Source: Verrucomicrobiota bacterium (GTDB lineage: Bacteria > Verrucomicrobiota > Verrucomicrobiia > Limisphaerales > VHCN01). Taken from it: 64,000 nt of DNA. Both the position numbers and the translations under genes were made by a program. How positions within the stretch are numbered: position 1 is the stretch's first letter; each line of letters begins with the position of its first letter. The stretch spans positions 384 through 64,383 of the forward strand of contig VHCN01000005.1 in assembly GCA_016871675.1 (NCBI GenBank), written 5' to 3'. The notes below the pieces were generated by a model. It had not been told where the DNA came from, made no database searches, and saw nothing but the letters and a program-made list of their open reading frames with translations. Below, in pieces: positions 39,601 to 48,501 of the stretch.

Positions 39601-42600
39601 TTCACGAGGTCGTCAATCATCTCGTTATCCACGACGGCGGCGGAGATGAGCAGCGCGTTCACGCGCGCGTCGGGCACGATGACGGGCCTGGCCCGCTGCG
39701 TGTCGGGCGACTTCGCGGCGGCGTAGCGTTGCGTGAACAGGTTGTTAAGCGTCGTCGAGATCACGCGCGCGTCCGCGAATTGCAGCGGGACAAGCCGGAT
39801 GCGGCCGCTCAGCGCGGGCGCGGCGGTGTCGAGCTGCCGCACGAGGGATTGCACGAGGTCGAAACTGTCCTTGCCGCCGCCGATGAGCAGGCTGTTGCTG
39901 CGCGACTCGGGCACGATGAGCACGCGGAGCGACTCGGCCTGGCCGCGGCCGAGCGTGGTCTGCCGGGCGATCCGCGCGTCCATGAGCTTCTGAATGGTGG
40001 CCGCGAGTTCGACCGCGTCCGCGCTTGTGAGCGGAAGGATGCGGATGTCGCGCAGTTCGAGCGGGAGGGCCTTGTCGAGCTGGAGGAGCAGGCCCTCGAT
40101 CATCGCGAACGCCTTGTCGTTGCCGGAGACGACCATCGAGTTGCTGCGCTCGTCCACGGTGATGTTCGGCCGGTCCTCGTTGCGGACGCTGCCGGCGCGC
40201 GCGCCCGTGTGCAGGTCGTTGATGATCTTTTGGACCGTCGCCGCGTCCGAGTGCTGAAGCGGATAGATGCGCACGCGCGAAAGGCCCGAGGCGTCGGGGA
40301 TGTCGAGCTGTTTGATGACCTCCTCGATGAGCGGCAGGGCGTCCGTGCGCGCGGCGACGATGAGCACGTTCATCGTGTCGTCGGCCTGCATGACGAGCGC
40401 GGCGCGGGCCTTCGGCTGGTCGGTCGTGACGGGCCGGCCGTTCTCCATCGTGGTGCGAAGCCGGGTGACGAACGTGCTGATGCCCTCCGAGCCGGCGACC
40501 GGCGCGCCTTCCGCGAAGACGGCCTGCAACAGCGGAAGCAGTTTCGTCGCGGCGGCGTGCTTGAGCCGGAACAGTTTGACTTCCGTGAGAAACCGGCCGG
40601 TGGGCTTGTCCAGATCGGTGATGATGCGGCGCGCGAGGACGAGGGATTCCCGGCGGCCGCTGAGAATCATCGTGTTGAGTCGAGCGTCCACGGCGACGTT
40701 GAGCGGGCTGACGAGCGCCTTGCCCTGCTCGCCGTCGGGTTGCGCGGTGCCCGCGGGACCGGAGCCAAGCCGCACGCCCTGCGTGAACACGCTCGTGAGC
40801 GTCTGCGAAACGCTCGCGGCATCCGCGTGCTGGAGCGGGATGATCGCGACCTCCGCGGCGTCGGTGAGCGCGACCTTGTCGAGCATCTCGACCACGGCGG
40901 CGAGCGCGAGCAGGTTGTCCGGCGTCGAGGAGATCAGCAGCCGGTTGCCGCCGTTCTGCCCGGCGGCGGCGGGATCGGTCATGATGCGGATGGGCTTCGT
41001 GAGGTCGAGCAAGACCGCCGCGCCGTTCGTGTTCGTGACCTTCAACCGGCGCACCTGCTCCTGCAGTTCGCGCGCCTCCGGCGTGAGATCGTTGGTCGCG
41101 CCGAGCCGCAGCATGCTTTGCAGAACGGCGGCGAGTTGCGGCGCGTTGGCCTTCTGCAAGGTGAACACGCGCACCTCGGCCTCGCCGTGCTCCGTCGGCT
41201 GGTCGAGCGCGCGGATGAGTTTCTCGAGCTGGTCAATCATCGGCCCGCGCGCGAACACGAGCAGGCTCTTGAGCCGCGGGAACGCCGTGACCGTGAGCGC
41301 TTCGCCGGGGCGCACGAGGTTCAACTGCTGGGCCATCTGCTGCACGGCCGGCGCGACCTTCTCGGCGGGCGCGTTCGTGAGCGCGATGAGCCGGAAGTCG
41401 AGCTGCGCGCTCAAGCCCGCGGCGTCGAGCTGCTCGATGAGCGACTTCATCAGCAGGAAGTCCGTCGCCTTCGCGCGCACGATGATGCTCCGCGTGCGCG
41501 GCTCGGGCACGACCACCATCTTCGGCGCGGGCAGCACGACCGCGGGACGCGGCGCCTCGCCTGGACGTGGCGGCTCCGCGGGACGCGCCTGTGTTTCCGA
41601 GCGAAAGAGGTCGTTCAACGTGCGCGCCACGATGACCGGGTCCGCCTCCTTCAGCGGGAAGACGTGCAGCTCGGCATCGCCCGCGAGCCCCGACCACTGC
41701 AACTCGCTCAGGATGCGGTCAATGTTGTCGAGTTCCGCGGTCGGCCCGGCGAGGATGAGCGCGTTGGCGTCGCGGTCGACCGCGATGATGACCTCGCCCG
41801 GCGCGTTCGTGACGGCCGACGTGGTGTTCGTTCCCTGCGGTGGACGGGCCGCCTTCGGCGCGACGGGCAGCGGCGCAAGTTTCTCCACGATGCGGACCTG
41901 GCCCGCGTGCATCTGCGGGTAGATGTTCGTCAGCATCCGCGCCATCTGCTCGACGGGGACGCGGCCGAGCGTGCGCAGACGGACCTGCATGCTGTCGTCC
42001 TTGCCCGAGTCGTCGAGGCGCGTGATGAGGTCCTGAATTTGCGCCACGTCAGCCGCCTTCGCGATGACGGTGATGGAATTGGCCTGATAATCCGCCTCGA
42101 TGACCGGCTTCTCGCCCGCCGGACGGTCGGCATACACCGCGGTGAGCCGGTCGGCGACATCGACCGCCTTGGCCTTCCTCAGCCACGCGATGTGGACGTC
42201 GCGGTCGCCGCGCTCGGGCGCGGCGTCAAGCGTGGGAAGCAACTGCTCGATCAGCTTGAACTGCGCGGGCGTGGCGGAAACGATGAGGCTGTTCGCGCGC
42301 GGCATCACCGCGATGCTCACGCGGCCCCGCCTCGTCGTGGTCGTGCCGGCATCCGCTGGTGTCGCGCGCCGCACGCCGCGCCGGTCGAGCACGGACTCGA
42401 TCATCTGCTCGAGGACCGGAACGACTTCCTTCGCGTCGGACGTCTTGAGTTTGTAAACGCGCACTTCGATGTCACCGCCGCCGCCCGCGGCCGATTCGCC
42501 GTCGAGTTCGCGGATGAGCTTCAGCACCTCCTGCACGGAATCGGTCGGGCCGTTGAGCAGCACCGCGTTCGCGCCGGAGACGGGCGTGACGGTGACGCGC

Positions 42601-45600
42601 TTGAGCAACGGCTGCGCCTCGCGGCTGGCGATGGTCTTGGTCACCGCCTCGGCGAGCGCGACGGGCTCGGACTTCTTCAAGTGCACGGTCTGGATGACGG
42701 AGGACGAGTTCGTCTGCGGCAGGTCAAGCGTGCGGACGAGTTGCGAAATGCGCGTGAGCGTGTGGCCGGGGCCGTCCACGAGCAGCGTGCGGTCGTCGGG
42801 CGAGGCGCTCACGACGAGGCGCTGCCCGGAATCGCGGTTGGTGATCTGCGTCGCGAAGAGCTGCGTGACGACCTGCAGGATGGGCGCGGCGATGATGTTC
42901 GTGAGCGGGATGATGGTGAGCTGTCGTGGTCCCATCTCGGGCACGTCCTTCACCTGCTTGAGCGCCTCCTCGACGGCCTTCAACTGCGCGTCGGTCGCGG
43001 TGACGAGCAGCCGCGGGTTGCGGTCGTCGGTGAGCACGATCACGTTGGCGTCCGTCGCGAAGCCGCGTGATTTCAACTGGTCGAGCACGATCGCGCGGAT
43101 GTTGCGCGTCGTGTTCTCCGCGAGGCCCGCGGACAGGCCGAAGACGCGCATCTGCCGCGGCTCATGGGTGGAATTCGCCTCAAACTCCTCGATGATCTTC
43201 GCGGCGGCGGCGATGTCCCTCGGCTCGCCGACCACGGTGAGAAGCCGCGTGCGGTTGTCGGCGCCGACGGTGACGCGCGGGATGGTGCGGCCCACGGGCG
43301 TGACTGTCGCGAGCGCGGCGGACAGCACGCTGGCGACCTGCTCGGGTTCGGCGTTGGTGAGCTTGAAGATGCGCGTGCCGCCCGAGACGGCGTTGGCCTT
43401 GTCGAGTTTCCGGATGATGGTCTCGACGGCGTTCAACTCGTTGCTCGCGCCGGAGAGCACGATCCGGTTCGCGGCGACGTCCGCGAGGATCATCGCCGGC
43501 GACACGGGCGGTGCGGGGCGCGACTTGAGCTGTTCGTCGTATAGCGACTTCGCGGTGACCGTGAGCTCGGCGGCCTGCGCGGCGACGAGATCGAACACGC
43601 GCGTCTCAAGCGTCGCGAGGTCCGGCGCGGGCCGCCGCACCATGGCGATGATGGACTCGATTTCCTTCAAATGCGCCGGGCGTCCGGAGATGAGCAGGCG
43701 CGCGTTGTTCGTGTCGGTGAGGAACTGCGCGTCGGCCGGGTCGGAGGCGTCGCGGTCTTTCCAGCGTTCCTGATAGAGGTTCTGCGCGAGCGACAGGACC
43801 CGGCGCAATTCCGCGGGCTGTCCGAGCTCGAACACGCGCAACTCGCGCGCGGGCGCAGCGGCCGCGCTCTCCTGCAACGTGGCGAGAATCTGCTCCGCGG
43901 CCTTCAACTGCGCGTCGCTGCCGGCGAGGATGAGCTGGTTGCTCGCGGTGTCGTCGAGCAGGAGCAGCTCGCTCGTGCCGAGGTCGGGCTGGCTTTTCAC
44001 GCGGTCGGCGAAGAGCTGCCGCAGCTTCGCGGTCACGTCGCGCACCGCGCCCTGCTTGAGCGTGAGCACCTTCATCCTGCGTTCCGACTGCTCGGCGAGC
44101 GAGGAGTCGAGCTGCTCGATGATGAGCGAGATGCCCTGCAGTTCCTTTGGGTCGCCGGTGACGACGAGCGTGCGCGTCTTGGCGTCGGCGGTGACGGTCG
44201 CGCGCTTTTGCGGCTTGCCGAAGGCGTCGTAACGCACGAGCGCGGTGGTGAGAATCTCCGCGACCTTCGCGGGGTCGGCGGACTTGATGCGGAAGACGCG
44301 CGCGGTCGAGCTCTGCGCGCTGGTTTTGTCGAGCTTGGTGACGATGCCCTCGATGACGGCCAGCTCGTTCGTGTCGCCGACGACGATGAGCCGGTTGCCG
44401 CCGGCGTCGGCGGTGATGAGCGTGTCGGGCGCGACGTTGCCGAACCGCGCCTTCGACTGCTCGGTGTAAAGCGTCTTCACCGTGACCGCGAGCTCGACCG
44501 CGCTCGCGGTGGTGAGGTCGAAGATGCGTGTGTCGCGCGACGCGCCGCCAAGCGGTTTCGCGTTCGCAGCGCCAAGTTGCGCGAGGATCGCCTCGATTTG
44601 CTTCAAGTGTTCAGGCCGGCCGGTGACGATGAGCCGGCCGCGCACGGCGTCGGAGAGAATCTGCGCGTCGGCCGGGTCGCCTTCGCCGCGCTCCTTCCAC
44701 TGGTCGGTGTAAAGCTGCTGCACGAGCGGCTGCAAGCGCTGCACGTCCGCGGCGTTGCCGACCTCGAAGGACTTCGTCTCGCGCGCCGCGGGCGTCGTCG
44801 CGGCGGGTTGCAGGCCGGCGATGAGTTCCTCGATCACCTTGAGATGGTCCGCCCGCGCGGACACGACGACGCGGCCGGTTTTGCCGTCGGAAATCATCTG
44901 CGCGTCGGCCGCCCCGGCGGTCGGGTTGCTGGCGAACTTGTCCTGATACAACTGCTTCAACAGCGGCAGCACGCGGTTCGCCTCGGCGAGCCGGCCAAGA
45001 TCGAACACCTTCACCTCGCGCGCGGCGGGAGGCTGCGCCTCGAGCGATGTGACGATCTGCCGGACCGCGGCGACCTGGTCCTGCGTGCCGAAGACCATGA
45101 TGCGCGAGCCGCTCGCGTCGGGATAAAGGCTCGCGGCCTTGCCCGCGCGGCCGGCGGTCTGCTCGGAGTAGATGCGCGTGACGCTGGGAAGCAGGTCGGC
45201 GGCGCGCGCGTTCTTCAACTCGATCGCGGCGAGCTCGCGCTGCGACTGGTCGGGCTTGCTGTCGAGCGTGACGATCACCGCCTCGATCTGCGGCAGCAGC
45301 GTGTCCGGCGCGAGGACGATGATCCGTTTGCCGTTCGGCTCGGCGCTGATGCTGACGAGGTTCGTGATGGCGCGGCCGGGCGTCTGCGCGGTGAAGATGC
45401 GCGTGGCGAGCGCGGCGAGTCCGTCGGGGTCGGCGCTCCGGACCTCGATGAGCTTGAACTGGCGGGGCTTCTCGAACGCGGTCAGGTCCACGCCCTCGTT
45501 GTCGAGGCGCGAGATGATCGTCTCGGCGTCCTTCAAGTCCGTGCGCGACCCGGAGACGACGAGCGTGTTTGACTCGGCGTCGGCGGTGACGGATACGCGG

Positions 45601-48473
45601 CGGATGGGCTGGTTGCGCGCGTCGAAGCGCAGCATCGCGTTCGAGACGACGCCGACGATCTTCGTCGCGACGGCGTTGTTGAGCTTGATGACCTTCGCGC
45701 CGCCCGCGCCCTCGGGCGCCTGGTCGAGCTGCTCGATGATGGTGTTGAGCGCGAGCAGCTCGTTGCGCGGGCCGGAGAGGATGAGGCGGTTCGCGGCGGC
45801 GTCGGGGATCATCCTCACCGACGGCGAATACTCGGGGCCGCGCTGGCTCTTGAGCAGCTCGGTCACGAGCGGCATCGCGAGCCCGGCGATGACGGTCGCA
45901 TCGCCCTGCTTCAGTTCCATCACGCGCATCTCGCGCGGTTGCACGTCGGACGGCGTGTCGAGCTGCGCGATGATCTTCGACGCGGCCTCGACCGCGTCGG
46001 CGTCGCCGCTGAGCACGAGGCTGTTGCTGCGCGCGTCCACGAGCACCTTCACCGGCTGGCCCTGCACGGAGAGGCTCTTCTCGACGAGTGTCGCGAGCTC
46101 GGCGGCGAGCGCGGCCTTCAGCCGCACCACGCGCGTCTCCTCGCGCGCGGGCCGGCGGCCGGCCGGGTCGAGCTGGCGGATGATCGCCTCGACGCGCGCG
46201 ATCTCGGCGTCCGCGCCGCTGACCATGATGCGGTTGTTTTTCGCGTCGGGAAGCAGCGTGGCCGCACCGCCCGGCGGCTCGCTCAATCCCTTGATCTGCT
46301 CCGCGTAGAGCTGTGTGACGAGCGGCGACAGCTCGGCGGCGGTGCGGCTGTGCAGGTCCACCGCCTTGAACTGCCGCGCGATGTTCTGCGTGGTGGCGAC
46401 GTCGAGCTGCTGGATGAACTCGCGCACGCGCGGCATGTCCTTCGCGGTGGCGAGCACGATGATCTGCTTGCCGCTCGCGTCGGGAACGAGCTTGGGTTCG
46501 GTCTGCGGGCTGCCGGGTTCGCCGAGTTGCGCCATGAGCTGCGTGGCGAGCGTGATGATTTCCGCGGGTGACTTCGAGCGCACGGGCATGACGGTCATCT
46601 CGCGCCGCTGCTGCGCGGGCGCGACGTCCACCACGGCGACGATCTGCTCGATCTCGCGCAACTGTTCCTCCGTGGCCGTGACGAGCACGCGGTTGTTCGC
46701 GGCGTCCTGAATCACCGACGGCTTGGGCTGTTCCTCGAATCGCTTGTCCGTCATCCGCTCGGTGACGAGGCTGGTGAAGCTGGTGAAGGCCGTGTCGAGT
46801 TTTGCGTTCTTGAAGCTGATGATCTGCAGGCGCCGCAGCATCGGGCCGGGGCGCTGCACGCGCAGCTCCTTCACGATGCCCTCGATCATCTTCAAGTGCT
46901 CGTCGCTGCCGGTGACGATGAGCCGGCCCGTCTCCGGCTCGGGCAGCATGCGCGCGTGCGCCACGGAACCTGTGAGCGCGTCGGTCGCCTGCCCGCGGTA
47001 AATCTGCTCGATGAGCGGCAGCAGCCGCTTGGACTCGGACGGGCTGCCGAGGTCAATGAAGCGCGTCTGCTGCGGGCGCGGCGTGCTGCTGCCGGTCTCG
47101 AGTTGCGTGAGGATGTCCGTCGCCATCTGGAGGTCCGCGGGGGAGCCGGTGATGATGACGCTCTGGCTGCGCGGCTCCACGGTGATGTTCGCGGTCTGGA
47201 CTGCCGCGCCCGACGGCGTGCGGCGTGTGAAGGCTTCGCGGAAGATGTTCGCAACGTTGGTCGCCTCGGCGGTGCGCGTGCGGAACACCTTCGTGACCTG
47301 CACGGTGTCGGCGCGCAGCGGGCGCAGGGTGGTTCCGTGAACGGGTTTGTCGAGCCGGTTGATGAGTTGCTCAATCTGGTCCGCCTGCCCCGCGAGCGGC
47401 GCCGCGACAATGAGGCGGCCCGTCGCCGTGTCCGCGATGACACGGGCCTTTGTGGCGGCGGAGGCCGCGGTTTCCTTTTCGCCCGCGACACCGGGCACGG
47501 CCTGACGGATCATCGCGGCGAGTTCCTCGGCCTTCATCAACTGGGGCGTGTAGATGCGCACGTCGCCGGAGCCGCCTTCCTTGTCCTCAAAGCGCGCGAC
47601 AAGCTGGTCGGCGAGCTGCAGACGTTCGTTTGGCCCGAAGAGCACGAGTGTGCGCGACGCGTCGTCATACACCGCGGTCACGTAATCGCCCGGGTCGGGC
47701 GGCAGCACGTCGAGCGCCTTGGTGTTGGTGTTGAAGGAGGTGCGCTTCGGCGCGGTGGCCACACCGAACGTGCGGTTGATGAGGTCGGCGACGACCGCGC
47801 CTGACGCGTGCAACAGCGTGTAGGTCTTCATCTGCCGTTCCGCCACGGACTCCGAATCCACCGCAGCGATGAGCGTGCGGATGCGGTGGATGTTTGCCAT
47901 GCGGTCCGTGACGATCAGCCCGCGCCCGCGTGAGAGCGGCGCGACTGAGCCCGCGGTGGAGAGGAGGTTCGTGAGTGACTGCGCGATTTCCTTCGCGTCC
48001 ATGCTCTTCAAGTCGAGCACGACGGTGACGACCTCGCCGGGACGCACGTCCGCCGCGCGCTCCGAGCCGCGCAGAATGCGGAGCGGGAGCTGCGGCAGTT
48101 CCTTGAACGGGACGAGCCGCAGGTAGTTGCCGTCCTCGACGAGCATCATGGACTTCATCGAAAGGATGACGTTGAGCGTGTCGAGCGCCTCGGCATAGTT
48201 GTAGGGCTTGGGGTCGTTGAATGTGAGCGTGCCCTCGATCTTCATCGCATCCGCGACGAGCGGGCGGCTGGCCATCTGCGCGAACCGTTCGAGCACGTCG
48301 GCGTAAGGAATGCCGTCGAACTGAAAGCGGATGTTGCGCGAGGCGTCCTGCGGCGGCGCGATGGTGACGGACTTGGCCGGTGGGGCGCCGGGCTTTGGCG
48401 CGGGCTGGTTCTGGGCGGGCGCGCTCGCGAGCGGCAGCAGCAAGGCGACTAGCAGGCAGTGGATGCGTTTCAT
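36621..48473 (-). CDS. gspD: Giant type II secretion system secretin (GspD family), 3,950 aa
   Basis: Signal peptide (MKRIHCLLVALLLPLASAPAQ). N0-like domain (IRFQFDGIPYADVLERFAQ...GNYLRLVP). About 43 secretin-N modules. Canonical C-terminal secretin domain (QVLIQVLLAEV, LSRPQVLTADNRPATINIGQRVP, VPDGQTVVIGGL, VPLLGDIPYLGAVF, RRELLIMLTPQVL). One uninterrupted ORF, last large gene of a gsp operon. Confidence 0.95.
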   Translation of the reverse strand: MKRIHCLLVALLLPLASAPAQNQPAPKPGAPPAKSVTIAPPQDASRNIRFQFDGIPYADVLERFAQMASRPLVADAMKIEGTLTFNDPKPYNYAEALDTLNVILSMKSMMLVEDGNYLRLVPFKELPQLPLRILRGSERAADVRPGEVVTVVLDLKSMDAKEIAQSLTNLLSTAGSVAPLSRGRGLIVTDRMANIHRIRTLIAAVDSESVAERQMKTYTLLHASGAVVADLINRTFGVATAPKRTSFNTNTKALDVLPPDPGDYVTAVYDDASRTLVLFGPNERLQLADQLVARFEDKEGGSGDVRIYTPQLMKAEELAAMIRQAVPGVAGEKETAASAATKARVIADTATGRLIVAAPLAGQADQIEQLINRLDKPVHGTTLRPLRADTVQVTKVFRTRTAEATNVANIFREAFTRRTPSGAAVQTANITVEPRSQSVIITGSPADLQMATDILTQLETGSSTPRPQQTRFIDLGSPSESKRLLPLIEQIYRGQATDALTGSVAHARMLPEPETGRLIVTGSDEHLKMIEGIVKELRVQRPGPMLRRLQIISFKNAKLDTAFTSFTSLVTERMTDKRFEEQPKPSVIQDAANNRVLVTATEEQLREIEQIVAVVDVAPAQQRREMTVMPVRSKSPAEIITLATQLMAQLGEPGSPQTEPKLVPDASGKQIIVLATAKDMPRVREFIQQLDVATTQNIARQFKAVDLHSRTAAELSPLVTQLYAEQIKGLSEPPGGAATLLPDAKNNRIMVSGADAEIARVEAIIRQLDPAGRRPAREETRVVRLKAALAAELATLVEKSLSVQGQPVKVLVDARSNSLVLSGDADAVEAASKIIAQLDTPSDVQPREMRVMELKQGDATVIAGLAMPLVTELLKSQRGPEYSPSVRMIPDAAANRLILSGPRNELLALNTIIEQLDQAPEGAGGAKVIKLNNAVATKIVGVVSNAMLRFDARNQPIRRVSVTADAESNTLVVSGSRTDLKDAETIISRLDNEGVDLTAFEKPRQFKLIEVRSADPDGLAALATRIFTAQTPGRAITNLVSISAEPNGKRIIVLAPDTLLPQIEAVIVTLDSKPDQSQRELAAIELKNARAADLLPSVTRIYSEQTAGRAGKAASLYPDASGSRIMVFGTQDQVAAVRQIVTSLEAQPPAAREVKVFDLGRLAEANRVLPLLKQLYQDKFASNPTAGAADAQMISDGKTGRVVVSARADHLKVIEELIAGLQPAATTPAARETKSFEVGNAADVQRLQPLVQQLYTDQWKERGEGDPADAQILSDAVRGRLIVTGRPEHLKQIEAILAQLGAANAKPLGGASRDTRIFDLTTASAVELAVTVKTLYTEQSKARFGNVAPDTLITADAGGNRLIVVGDTNELAVIEGIVTKLDKTSAQSSTARVFRIKSADPAKVAEILTTALVRYDAFGKPQKRATVTADAKTRTLVVTGDPKELQGISLIIEQLDSSLAEQSERRMKVLTLKQGAVRDVTAKLRQLFADRVKSQPDLGTSELLLLDDTASNQLILAGSDAQLKAAEQILATLQESAAAAPARELRVFELGQPAELRRVLSLAQNLYQERWKDRDASDPADAQFLTDTNNARLLISGRPAHLKEIESIIAMVRRPAPDLATLETRVFDLVAAQAAELTVTAKSLYDEQLKSRPAPPVSPAMILADVAANRIVLSGASNELNAVETIIRKLDKANAVSGGTRIFKLTNAEPEQVASVLSAALATVTPVGRTIPRVTVGADNRTRLLTVVGEPRDIAAAAKIIEEFEANSTHEPRQMRVFGLSAGLAENTTRNIRAIVLDQLKSRGFATDANVIVLTDDRNPRLLVTATDAQLKAVEEALKQVKDVPEMGPRQLTIIPLTNIIAAPILQVVTQLFATQITNRDSGQRLVVSASPDDRTLLVDGPGHTLTRISQLVRTLDLPQTNSSSVIQTVHLKKSEPVALAEAVTKTIASREAQPLLKRVTVTPVSGANAVLLNGPTDSVQEVLKLIRELDGESAAGGGGDIEVRVYKLKTSDAKEVVPVLEQMIESVLDRRGVRRATPADAGTTTTRRGRVSIAVMPRANSLIVSATPAQFKLIEQLLPTLDAAPERGDRDVHIAWLRKAKAVDVADRLTAVYADRPAGEKPVIEADYQANSITVIAKAADVAQIQDLITRLDDSGKDDSMQVRLRTLGRVPVEQMARMLTNIYPQMHAGQVRIVEKLAPLPVAPKAARPPQGTNTTSAVTNAPGEVIIAVDRDANALILAGPTAELDNIDRILSELQWSGLAGDAELHVFPLKEADPVIVARTLNDLFRSETQARPAEPPRPGEAPRPAVVLPAPKMVVVPEPRTRSIIVRAKATDFLLMKSLIEQLDAAGLSAQLDFRLIALTNAPAEKVAPAVQQMAQQLNLVRPGEALTVTAFPRLKSLLVFARGPMIDQLEKLIRALDQPTEHGEAEVRVFTLQKANAPQLAAVLQSMLRLGATNDLTPEARELQEQVRRLKVTNTNGAAVLLDLTKPIRIMTDPAAAGQNGGNRLLISSTPDNLLALAAVVEMLDKVALTDAAEVAIIPLQHADAASVSQTLTSVFTQGVRLGSGPAGTAQPDGEQGKALVSPLNVAVDARLNTMILSGRRESLVLARRIITDLDKPTGRFLTEVKLFRLKHAAATKLLPLLQAVFAEGAPVAGSEGISTFVTRLRTTMENGRPVTTDQPKARAALVMQADDTMNVLIVAARTDALPLIEEVIKQLDIPDASGLSRVRIYPLQHSDAATVQKIINDLHTGARAGSVRNEDRPNITVDERSNSMVVSGNDKAFAMIEGLLLQLDKALPLELRDIRILPLTSADAVELAATIQKLMDARIARQTTLGRGQAESLRVLIVPESRSNSLLIGGGKDSFDLVQSLVRQLDTAAPALSGRIRLVPLQFADARVISTTLNNLFTQRYAAAKSPDTQRARPVIVPDARVNALLISAAVVDNEMIDDLVKKLDRALDNPALTLSVLPLKHNDAAKVATTMESIFAARLKARALPGAEPSASEQVKIETDGLNNSLIVSANKENLDLITELLTRLDVEPTVAAGVMETFVLKFADAQRVATMLRGLVQQGLYRPGRPLVGGPAPAGGRDALAIAVDPRSNTLFVSASPEHLAIVKEVITRLDTRDLADAGSMKIYRLERARAANLAAVLTQFFTAKRAGDTVALNAQDRSIPVAVIPDPRLNALLVTGGKEAFDILDRIVPQLDAEDVQARQNFRVFQLKQATAVKLQDTLAKLFANRPPRVRGETPDPITVIADAWVNALIVGAVVEDMAMVESLVNRLDAEQAQFGITVQVIPLQKADARRVATTVQGLYREGTQTTGALPIVVSADERVNALVVSAGEADVRRIRAVVEKLDTDQVARVSEIRVMPLKYARAEALSTVLNAALNTKPTPLTEQNPNAQSVLQFITRTLDGRELVTAALKEAVLITPDPRMNSLIVSGPVDYMGLLEQVISRLDNSSPREAKIRVFTLKHANAAQSAQLLMSMFRMTPAGATAGGNVRTIQYTLVKPDGSGASEGASAILGSEEQGALNVSVDPRTNSLLVGGTDHYIALVAQVIETLDTGEAIDRKTELHRLKNSQALDVATSIRAFLDQERQRVTQILGPDAVANASRLLDREVSIVAETNSNTILLSASPRFFDHVRNLVEELDRSQPQVLIQVLLAEVALDNTKDLGISWNYNKGIGGGRTIGTGTDFAGVPPALLTTFGGYSGLLTGRDLNFLVKAMEDDGRLEVLSRPQVLTADNRPATINIGQRVPLITDSRVTERGDTINSFRYENVGVNLQVTPRIAPDGFVKLEVGTTNSSLSSTSVEINQNATVPIINERRASTTVSVPDGQTVVIGGLISSSDDIRRKKVPLLGDIPYLGAVFRSSKKKTERRELLIMLTPQVLGGADDEAARSALDGSIRRQLDRSTIKEMKKPDALQKGLLDPLFPAPKQDKPETKP
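37506..48035 (-). repeat. Coding array of ~43 tandem secretin-N (N1-N3 type) domain modules, 59-108 aa each
   Basis: Hand segmentation of aa ~148-3656. Each module follows beta (e.g. VFRLKHAAA), helix (LLPLLQAVF), beta (VxxDxRxNxLIVxG), helix (...IxxLIxxLD). Most units (about 30 of 43) end in L-D. Modules 1-22 are mostly of an 'LG..AE..LLPL..QLY' flavour. Modules 23-43 are mostly the classic 'xxPLxxxxA..V...L..LF' flavour. Confidence 0.85.
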
Positions 48474-48501
48474 AGGCGTTCTCGAAATCGGTTTCGTTCG
48501 G

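Noticed and set aside
37944-43070. A 1,708-aa plus-strand ORF antisense to the secretin gene, plus neighbours at 36684-37919, 43671-45572, 45939-46571 and 46896-47804.
   Set aside because: These are shadow ORFs of a very GC-rich gene. The translations are R/G/D/E/H/A-rich strings with no motif. The minus-strand frame carries a continuous, recognisable secretin architecture with a proper signal peptide and operon context.
36621-48473. Possibility that the 11.85-kb secretin ORF is an assembly artefact (repeat expansion or chimera) or a pseudogene.
   Set aside because: The 43 modules are clearly diverged from each other at the protein level; even the best pairs differ at many positions. That is not what assembler-generated repeat inflation looks like. 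The frame is intact over 3,950 codons with gene-like codon bias. This cannot be excluded without long reads, so verification is listed under the finding.
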